Assembly (NCBI GenBank): GCA_038046765.1
Contig: JBBSVN010000012.1
Span: forward strand, 1 to 64,000
Length of the DNA: 64,000 bases
Reading direction: 5' to 3'
Origin: Candidatus Micrarchaeota archaeon
GTDB lineage: Archaea > Micrarchaeota > Micrarchaeia > Anstonellales > Bilamarchaeaceae
The notes below the pieces were generated by a model. It was not told where the DNA came from and made no database searches. It saw only the letters and a list, made by a program, of their open reading frames with translations. Position 1 is the first letter of the stretch. Every line of letters starts with the position of its first letter. Below are positions 56,689 to 64,000 of this stretch, piece by piece. A program made the translations under genes and the position numbers.

Positions 56689-58683
56689 TCATCTATAAAA
56701 ATTCAAATCCTTCTTCTTTATTACAATGTATCCAATTATGATTGCTAAAACTACAAAGTATGACGATAGCGCGGCAAAGTCTGCAATCGGGTCTCCATTT
56801 GTTATCAAAACTACTTTGAATATGTTCGTTACGTGAGCTAGCGGAAGCAACTGCTGCAGGACTTGCGTATAATTTGGTAATAAATCAGGAGAAAATAAAA
56901 TATTTCCAAGGAAAAGCATTGGTATTGCGAGCATAAGAGCTCCTTGAATTGCTGCTGATTCTGTTTTAGCATAAAAACCAATCAAAAGTCCTATCGAAGC
57001 TAGTACTAATCCAGATATAATTATTCCAGTTAAAAGTAGTGATATATCATTTGGCATGCTTACACCAAATAGTCCGACTGCAATAATTATTATCAAAAAT
57101 ATCTGCCCTATTGAAAGCAATACTATTGTGATTAATTTTCCAAATATTAAACTTCCAAGAGAGCCTGGTGCCATTAACGCTCTGATTATTGTTCCGTTTG
57201 TTTTTTCCTTTACTAAGCTAATTGATGCTAGTAGGAAACAAGAAAGTAGTAGCGAAATTGATATTACCTGCGGCATTAGAAAATCAACAAAACTCGAACG
57301 AGTATACTGGTTTTCAAGTTTTACTGAAAGCGGTTCTGCAATCTGATCTGGATTTTTTCCTGTTTGTGTTGCGACTGTTTTTTGCAGTGATCCTATAAGT
57401 TTATCTACTGAACCTGTCTGATCAAGTATCTGGTCAAATACTTCATTTATATCTCCTATTGTGGAATTTATTCTTTCTAATACTGTTCGTAATTTGCTGA
57501 TTTGAAGTTGTGCGCTTGCAAATGAGCTGTTCAAGTTAGTCAGGCTTTGATCTGCTTTACCCAGCGTAGCTATTAGTTTTGCCTGTTCATTGCCGTTTAT
57601 TTGTTTTGTTAGGCTAATTTGTGTTGCGTAATTACTTATCTCTAGTTTAATTGATTGTAATGTTACATTTAACTGTTCTAATTGTATTGTTTCGTTTAGT
57701 GCATCCTTTCTTTGTTGCTCTGTACTATTTCTAAGTGCTTCTAATGAAAATATTTGGATGTCAAGTGCGGTCACAGTTATATTTGCCGAACTGCTGTTAG
57801 AATTTTGTACTTGCGCCCTTAGGAACTTAAGCGCACTAATCGATGTATTGAGGTTAGCGATATTCGTGTTTAAGTTTTTAGTTTGTTTTACTAATTTATC
57901 GTGACTATCTTCAAGTATTGTTATTGCCTGATTTACTGCCTTACTGGAATTATCTATAAAATTCTCGCTTTGATTAAATAATTGCTCGTTTTGCATCGAT
58001 GCATTTTGCAATTCTGCTTTTTGACTTGCTAATATCTCCTTAAGGTTAGTTGTCTGGTCTGCTGCACTTGTTATTGAGTTTTCAAGAGATCCGATATCCA
58101 GTGAACTGATGTTTTCCTTTATCTGATTTAAAATCAATTTAGTTTCCCTCATCCTAACCTGGCTTTGTGTTATTTGTGCTCCAAGCGATGCTGCAGTTGC
58201 ATTAAGAGATTTTAAGTCATTCCAAGCTGAACTTACATATGTTTTTGTTATGTTGACTGATGATGCTTGTACTACTGATGACATTGCTGAAATTATTGCC
58301 TGCTCAAGGGCAAGGTCGGAGTTATCAATTATAATTCTTATTTGGGATTTGTTTTCGGTTGATAGAGCATACTCAAAATTTTGAGGTATTACTATTAATG
58401 CTCTTAATTGCCCGTTTTTAAGTGTGTCCCGTGCCTCATCTTCCGTTGGAAATGATTTTACATTAAATGCCTTTGATTCATTTAACTCTTCTAAAAGTGC
58501 AGAACTAAATGTCGTATTTTCAGATGAAACTAATCCTATTGGCAATCCTTTTATATCGATTGAACGAAAAGAGCTGCCCATAAATAGCATTATAAAAATT
58601 GGAAAAATAATTAACGCAGTAAGCATAGTCTTGTCGTGCGATATTTCCCGAAATTCCTTTTTTATTGCCGATAAAAGCTTCAT
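56689..58683 (-). CDS. ABC-2 type permease with very long extracytoplasmic coiled coil
   Basis: KKEF..I..D, about 300-aa heptad-rich insert, KEKTNGT, LPL.H, multiple C-terminal TMs. Confidence 0.8.
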   Translation of the reverse strand: MKLLSAIKKEFREISHDKTMLTALIIFPIFIMLFMGSSFRSIDIKGLPIGLVSSENTTFSSALLEELNESKAFNVKSFPTEDEARDTLKNGQLRALIVIPQNFEYALSTENKSQIRIIIDNSDLALEQAIISAMSSVVQASSVNITKTYVSSAWNDLKSLNATAASLGAQITQSQVRMRETKLILNQIKENISSLDIGSLENSITSAADQTTNLKEILASQKAELQNASMQNEQLFNQSENFIDNSSKAVNQAITILEDSHDKLVKQTKNLNTNIANLNTSISALKFLRAQVQNSNSSSANITVTALDIQIFSLEALRNSTEQQRKDALNETIQLEQLNVTLQSIKLEISNYATQISLTKQINGNEQAKLIATLGKADQSLTNLNSSFASAQLQISKLRTVLERINSTIGDINEVFDQILDQTGSVDKLIGSLQKTVATQTGKNPDQIAEPLSVKLENQYTRSSFVDFLMPQVISISLLLSCFLLASISLVKEKTNGTIIRALMAPGSLGSLIFGKLITIVLLSIGQIFLIIIIAVGLFGVSMPNDISLLLTGIIISGLVLASIGLLIGFYAKTESAAIQGALMLAIPMLFLGNILFSPDLLPNYTQVLQQLLPLAHVTNIFKVVLITNGDPIADFAALSSYFVVLAIIIGYIVIKKKDLNFYR

Positions 58684-59420
58684 TTAGTCACCTTTGATAC
58701 TCCCTCGGGTTTTACTAAATGTGCAAAAACATCTTCCATTTGTTTTAGTTTGTATTTTGTTTTTAACTCGTTAGGCGTTCCACTTGCAACTATTCTTCCA
58801 GCAAACATTATTGCAACTCTGTCGCAAAGTTCTTCAATTTCTTCCATGTAATGTGATGTAATAACTATTGTTTTTTTCAATTTATGAAGTTCTTTAATAA
58901 TTAACCAGATCTCCCTTCTTACAACTGGGTCAAGTCCAACTGTCGGTTCATCAAGAAATATTATCTTAGGTTCATGTATTAGCGAACAAGCCATATTTAA
59001 TCTGCGTTTCATTCCACCTGATAGATTGCTTGCAATGACATTTTTTTTGTCTGTTAATTTCATATCCTGCAAAAGTTTGCTTATTCTTGTTTTTATGTCT
59101 TTACCATTGACACCAAATTGCTCCGCAAAAAATTCAAGATTTTCCAATACGCTTAAAGTTTCATAAAATGAGTTTTCTTGAGTTACAAATCCGATATCTA
59201 GAGATGAAATTTCTCCGATATTTTTCCCAAGTATTGTAATTGACCCTGACGAGGCTGGAATTAATTTTGATAGCATGTTAAATGTCGTAGTCTTTCCAGA
59301 ACCATTTGATCCTAGCATTCCAAATATTTCTCCTTCTTCAACTGTAAATGAAATATTGTCTACAATTATCTTTTCTTTGATAATTTTGACTAGTTCTGTT
59401 ACGTGGACTGCAACTACCAT
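58680..59420 (-). CDS. ABC transporter ATP-binding protein
   Basis: GSNGSGKTT, LSGGMKRR, LDEPTVGLDP, TSHY. Confidence 0.93.
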   Translation of the reverse strand: MVVAVHVTELVKIIKEKIIVDNISFTVEEGEIFGMLGSNGSGKTTTFNMLSKLIPASSGSITILGKNIGEISSLDIGFVTQENSFYETLSVLENLEFFAEQFGVNGKDIKTRISKLLQDMKLTDKKNVIASNLSGGMKRRLNMACSLIHEPKIIFLDEPTVGLDPVVRREIWLIIKELHKLKKTIVITSHYMEEIEELCDRVAIMFAGRIVASGTPNELKTKYKLKQMEDVFAHLVKPEGVSKVTK

Positions 59421-59501
59421 ATATCTTATGGTACTTTTAGGGTTTTTAAATACCTCTTTTTTATAATTCTTTTATTAATCTTTGGCATACAAAGTAAATC
59501 T

Positions 59502-59945
59502 ATGCAAATCAAAACAGTCAATTCTACAAAAGAAATTCAAAGAATCGTTCCTGTGTTTATCAAAATATTTGGCTCCACACCATTTAATGAAAAATGGTCG
59601 ATAGATCAGGCATACAAACGACTTTTGTTCTTACACTCGCTTGGAAAAAAATTCTGCTTTTATATTGTCGAGTCTAACGAAATTCTTGGTTTTATGTTTT
59701 GTCGCGTTATGGTGTGGCCCGAAGGCTATCGCATTTTTGTTGAGGATATGGGCGTACTTCCAGAACATCAACATAAAGGTTTAGGCAAATTATTAATCGA
59801 AGAACTTGAAAAACAGGCTAGTATTTTTGGAATTAAAACAATCGAACTAGAAATTCTTGATGAATCAACTGGTGCTTCGTTTTGGCCTAAATTTGGGTAC
59901 AAATATTCTAAACGAAAGGTATTTTCTAAAACTATTATCCAATAA
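59502..59945 (+). CDS. GNAT acetyltransferase
   Basis: PFNEKW, V.PEHQHKGLG, FW.KFGY; ATG 59502. Confidence 0.8.
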   Translation: MQIKTVNSTKEIQRIVPVFIKIFGSTPFNEKWSIDQAYKRLLFLHSLGKKFCFYIVESNEILGFMFCRVMVWPEGYRIFVEDMGVLPEHQHKGLGKLLIEELEKQASIFGIKTIELEILDESTGASFWPKFGYKYSKRKVFSKTIIQ

Positions 59946-59952
59946 GGATTAA

Positions 59953-60930
59953 CTAGCAGTAATCGCTCGTTTTACCTGCTGTACCATCTGCTCCTGGTAA
60001 GTTCCTTATAACTTTTTGGTCTTCAATGGGTAAGTTGTCAAACCAACATATCGCATGAAATGCGAACCATCTAATTGGCCAATGTTTTTGTCTGTAACTT
60101 GGATTCTTAGACGCCTGATTTTCTTTTCTTAGGTCATAAACGCCCCAATCGAAAAATACATTGTTTGGTAAACCCACTTTAATTGCAATAAGATCCCCCT
60201 TCTTAATCTGAATTGGAGGGGTGCTCGTAGTTCTAGAGTCCTGTTCTTTAGCTTCTGGAAAATCATTTGCTAATTTATTAAATTCTGCAGATAGTTCAAG
60301 AAGATGTCCTAAACGGTACATTATTCCACATGAATTAACTATATCAAAAGCGTATTGGATAGTTCCACCTTCTAAGTATCTAGCACCTCGCCAAACATAA
60401 CCATCAAAAGGTGCGCGAACCTCAATTTCATTATTTTTTTGGTTATCAAATCTAAATCCACCATGAGGTTTGTAATCATCCCCTGTGTTTACATTTTGTC
60501 CTCTATACTGACCCGGGTATAACATTGATGTTACTTTGCTTAGATCAGTTGGATTTTGAAATAGGACAGGCCCACAATCTGGCGGGTTTCCAGTTGGTAT
60601 CCAATTATTTCCAGAATAGTTATAATCCCATTCTACATTTTGATTCGTTATTTGTCCGATTATATTTTGTAGTTTAGGGATAAATTCTGGAAATATCATT
60701 TCTTGTGGCACGTTACTATTGCTTTGATTAATCTGGGATTTATTATCAGAACCATTTTGTGAGTAATTTTGAAAACTATTTTGCTCAATTGGGGAGCCCG
60801 TAATCGCCGATGTATTATTTGGTGCAATAAATTTGTCATTGTAATTATTTTGTTTAGGTACTGCTGCACAACCCATAAATAAAGTAGCTACAAGAAGCAA
60901 AATCAAAGTAACTGTAAAATTTCTTTTCAT
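59953..60930 (-). CDS. lipoprotein with degenerate M23-peptidase-like region
   Basis: lipobox-like FMGC; HGGFRFD, VRAPFDG, LGHL; Zn ligands non-canonical. Confidence 0.5.
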   Translation of the reverse strand: MKRNFTVTLILLLVATLFMGCAAVPKQNNYNDKFIAPNNTSAITGSPIEQNSFQNYSQNGSDNKSQINQSNSNVPQEMIFPEFIPKLQNIIGQITNQNVEWDYNYSGNNWIPTGNPPDCGPVLFQNPTDLSKVTSMLYPGQYRGQNVNTGDDYKPHGGFRFDNQKNNEIEVRAPFDGYVWRGARYLEGGTIQYAFDIVNSCGIMYRLGHLLELSAEFNKLANDFPEAKEQDSRTTSTPPIQIKKGDLIAIKVGLPNNVFFDWGVYDLRKENQASKNPSYRQKHWPIRWFAFHAICWFDNLPIEDQKVIRNLPGADGTAGKTSDYC

Positions 60931-60932
60931 GT

Positions 60933-63449
60933 TTATCCCTGCTTATTTTGACTAGTTTTTTTATTGTATAAAAATAAACCAATACCTAAAAATAAAAATA
61001 CATAAAGTAACGGACAAATTGTATTATTAAAAACTCTTTTAACTGGTGGTTTTGTCTCTGTTGTTTCATTTGTATCTGGATCATTTATTTCATTTGTAGT
61101 TCCAGTTTCTTTTTTACCTTCTGTTTGTAATCCTTTAGCCATAAATTTAACTGTACAAGCATCTCCAACAAAATCCCCATTTGAATCTTTTTGATCACTG
61201 TTTGAAATTTTAGGGCAGTTATCTAGTGTATCAACAATGCCATCTTTGTCAATATCGCTGCATCCTTCATCAATTAATCCATCGCCATCATTATCTTGCC
61301 CATCGCAAGCTTCGCCTAAAAATGGAACTAATGGTGGATATCTTTCATCAGTATCTTCGCTTATTTTTCCTAAATTATTTCTTATTGCGTTTAATTCCGG
61401 ACAGCTATTTTTAAGACTAGATAATCCAATCACATCATTTTCTGTCATAGTTCCGTTAATTCCATAATACGGGCAGCCGATAGGAAGTATGGCGTTTTTC
61501 CAGTCATTAGTTCCATTTAATTTAGTTAATGAACCATTTGCAGTGTCATATTCATTATCTCTATTTCCGTTTACGTTTACAGTCTGGCTTCCTGCAAAAT
61601 TACTATCGCAATTCCAGTCAACTGCTGAACCATTTAATCCAAACATAATCATTAAACTGGAATTTGTACGAGTGCGTCCAATTACACCATTTCCAAAAGC
61701 TGCGCTTCGTCCGTTGTTTGTACAAGTATAATAAGAAAGCGCCAGCGGATTAGATGAAATAATTCCATTTGTTTCACTTAAACCTGCATTCTCGTCAAGC
61801 GTGCTAAGTTTTTCATCTGAATAATCTAAATCATAAATAATTCCTAAAGGCGTATTTCGTGGAATCCCGCTAAATTGGAAATAGTAATTCATGATGCTTC
61901 GATAATTTGGTTTAAAGTGCGTGTTATCAAATGCAAGTTCTTTTTCTAACCTGCCGCCATGACCTAGCATCAATGTGTGCCCAAATTCATGCATTAACGT
62001 TCCTGCTACTGCAGTAGTATTTGAACCGTTGCGCATTGCAACAAAGAAATTTCCACCTACTGTTGCCTGGCCAGTTGTATTTTCCTTTTCATGCGTAAAT
62101 ATTCCGTAACGAAATATTCCCGCTCGATTTATATCAAAATTATCTTTTTTTATGTCAAACAAATATTTACTATTATTTGTATAAAATGCGCGCGCTTCGT
62201 TACTGTCATTTAAAGAAAACTGGTCCCATTCTGCCTGCGGTTGTTCTGTGATTGCATTTCCTTCGCCCCATTGTCCAATATCAATATGCAAAGTTATATC
62301 TCTATTAGCAAATGCGTTAACTACCATCTGTAACGATTCATTTGTTGGTTTATGTGTGTGAGAGCCATCTTCCATCCAATCAAGTTCTAAAAACAAATCC
62401 TTCTTTAGTGGGTTAGCCCCCATTGCGGGTAAATCTACCAGCGTTCGTCCATTTTTAACTAATCCATAAACTTCTAAACCATCGCTTAAGCCATCTGCAT
62501 CTGTATCTGCGTTCTTCGGGTCTGTTCCAAAAACGCTTTCATTTATATCGACAATTCCATCTTTATCACTATCAATTTTCATCCATGCGTCGGGGTCAGG
62601 AATTTCTATATTCCAGGAAACGCTCCAGGGTGTGCTGCCGTAAACTGATATTGGGCCTGCATATGTCAGTCCTCCAAAATCTACATTTGAATATCCTGAA
62701 ATTATACTCGCTTTCATCTGGTTTCCAGTTGGTTCAAGTGCTTTAAATGATCCGGAATAGGAAAACTGGTTTTCAGGATTTGCGTCAAACAATGTAATTG
62801 GGACGGAAAAAGTACCTGCAGTTAATCGTGAAAATGTTGTTGTTTGCCTCGCACCACTACAAACTGGATTTATATTTGGGGAAGTTTTAGTTACCTGCGT
62901 AATGTCTGTTTTAGTTACTGGAATTATTAATTTTCCAGCTAAAGAAAGTTCGGGATTTCCACTTAAGCCTGTTTTTTTGTAAATTAATTTTAAATCATAA
63001 CCTTTTAGGTGAATCAAATTCCCGTTTGAGTCTTTGCCGTTACCTGTGCTATATGGGACATTTAAGTTTGAAATTTTGTCGGACCCAGTAGCATTAACTT
63101 CTGTTATATATGCGCATTCCTTGCCCCCCGTATTAGTCTGCTGGTCAATACTCCACTCTACTGCCTCGTTCTGAAATTTAAAAGCCCGATCAGAATATCT
63201 AGTAAGGGAGTCAGAGTTCGGATCAATTTCTAAAAGATACCCAGAAATCTTAAAATTTAATTTTTGCTTTACTGAACCTGTGTTTGTTTGAACATTGTAT
63301 GGCCCAGTATAATCATAAACAAGCGTAATCGTGGTTAACTTATCTGAAACAGAATAATTTTTCGATGTATCGTTCTCAATTGCATAAGCAAAGTTCAATA
63401 TTAATAAAACAAAAACTCCAAAATAAGTCAATTTAGTTAAAAATCTCAT
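60933..63449 (-). CDS. large surface zinc metalloprotease (metzincin motif) with Ca-binding repeats and C-terminal TM anchor
   Basis: signal peptide; HEFGHTLMLGH plus SIMNY Met-turn; DxDxDG repeats; CDGQDNDGDGLIDEGC; DNCP TSP3-like motif. Confidence 0.8.
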   Translation of the reverse strand: MRFLTKLTYFGVFVLLILNFAYAIENDTSKNYSVSDKLTTITLVYDYTGPYNVQTNTGSVKQKLNFKISGYLLEIDPNSDSLTRYSDRAFKFQNEAVEWSIDQQTNTGGKECAYITEVNATGSDKISNLNVPYSTGNGKDSNGNLIHLKGYDLKLIYKKTGLSGNPELSLAGKLIIPVTKTDITQVTKTSPNINPVCSGARQTTTFSRLTAGTFSVPITLFDANPENQFSYSGSFKALEPTGNQMKASIISGYSNVDFGGLTYAGPISVYGSTPWSVSWNIEIPDPDAWMKIDSDKDGIVDINESVFGTDPKNADTDADGLSDGLEVYGLVKNGRTLVDLPAMGANPLKKDLFLELDWMEDGSHTHKPTNESLQMVVNAFANRDITLHIDIGQWGEGNAITEQPQAEWDQFSLNDSNEARAFYTNNSKYLFDIKKDNFDINRAGIFRYGIFTHEKENTTGQATVGGNFFVAMRNGSNTTAVAGTLMHEFGHTLMLGHGGRLEKELAFDNTHFKPNYRSIMNYYFQFSGIPRNTPLGIIYDLDYSDEKLSTLDENAGLSETNGIISSNPLALSYYTCTNNGRSAAFGNGVIGRTRTNSSLMIMFGLNGSAVDWNCDSNFAGSQTVNVNGNRDNEYDTANGSLTKLNGTNDWKNAILPIGCPYYGINGTMTENDVIGLSSLKNSCPELNAIRNNLGKISEDTDERYPPLVPFLGEACDGQDNDGDGLIDEGCSDIDKDGIVDTLDNCPKISNSDQKDSNGDFVGDACTVKFMAKGLQTEGKKETGTTNEINDPDTNETTETKPPVKRVFNNTICPLLYVFLFLGIGLFLYNKKTSQNKQG

Positions 63450-63500
63450 AAAAATCTAGGACATCTGTAATTAAAATATCTTACTGCCTCTAGTTGTACT

Positions 63501-64000
63501 ATGGCAAAAAAGAAAAAAGGAATAATTTACTATGTTATTGCTTTTCTTGGACTAATTTTTAGTGCAGTCAAATTCCTTCTGACTGGAACTTTTAAAATTA
63601 TTAAATTTCTTGCTATTGCTACTTACAATTTTCTAAATTTTTTATTTAAATTTGCTCAAAATTCAATCCAAAAGTCAAATGAACTAAGAAAAGAAGTCGC
63701 AAAAGAAGTTATTCGTCCTATAATTACTGCAACATACTCTGCGTTTGTAGAATTAGAGGAAAAAGCAGGAAATTTACAAGATTTTGAAAATCACATCTAT
63801 TCTGATAAAAGTTCGGTTGGTTTGATTCTAGGCGCCCGGGGGTCGGGTAAAAGTGCAATTGGTTTACGCATTCTTGAAAATATTGTCGCAAAATCAAAGC
63901 GCAAGGCTTACGCTATGGGCTTTAATAAAGAAGATTTGCCAAAGTGGATCGAATCTATTAATTCTATTGAAGAAGTCAAAAATAACTCATTCTTGCTTGT
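63501..64000 (+). CDS. membrane-anchored P-loop ATPase (truncated by window end)
   Basis: ATG 63501, N-terminal hydrophobic helix, Walker A GARGSGKS; frame open to the end (not in ORF track). Confidence 0.75.
   Translation, partial: MAKKKKGIIYYVIAFLGLIFSAVKFLLTGTFKIIKFLAIATYNFLNFLFKFAQNSIQKSNELRKEVAKEVIRPIITATYSAFVELEEKAGNLQDFENHIYSDKSSVGLILGARGSGKSAIGLRILENIVAKSKRKAYAMGFNKEDLPKWIESINSIEEVKNNSFLL

Overview
AT-rich archaeal chromosomal segment, most likely from a DPANN lineage such as Micrarchaeota. This is inferred from archaeal Pth2, CTP-dependent riboflavin kinase, Rad50, TATA-type promoters, GGTGA ribosome-binding sites, tRNA introns with bulge-helix-bulge (BHB) junctions and box C/D RNAs. 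Housekeeping and metabolic genes include rpe, a split transketolase, type I GAPDH, thyX, lipA, kbl/tdh, proBA/proC and mscL. They are interleaved with many orphan ORFs, toxin-antitoxin modules (AbiE-like, VapBC, Fic), a VOC/SRPBCC block and large surface proteins. The most interesting signals are non-coding and absent from the ORF track. (1) Two box C/D RNAs share one architecture; their guides point by the D+5 rule to 23S U2552 and 16S C1402 (E. coli numbering). The second has a 77-nt structured insert and a second guide complementary to the 16S 3' end. (2) A divergent pair of structured RNAs lies next to tRNA-Ala; one carries an 11-nt element antisense to the 16S 5' end, the region bound by eukaryotic U3. 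(3) A tRNA-Ile(UAU) has introns at 37/38 and 59/60. (4) A COG1373-type ATPase gene is bracketed by 60-bp direct repeats exactly 1300 bp apart, beside a stand-alone Cas2-like gene. All family calls come from motif recognition by eye; rRNA targets rely on generally conserved rRNA sequence because this organism's rRNA is not in the window.
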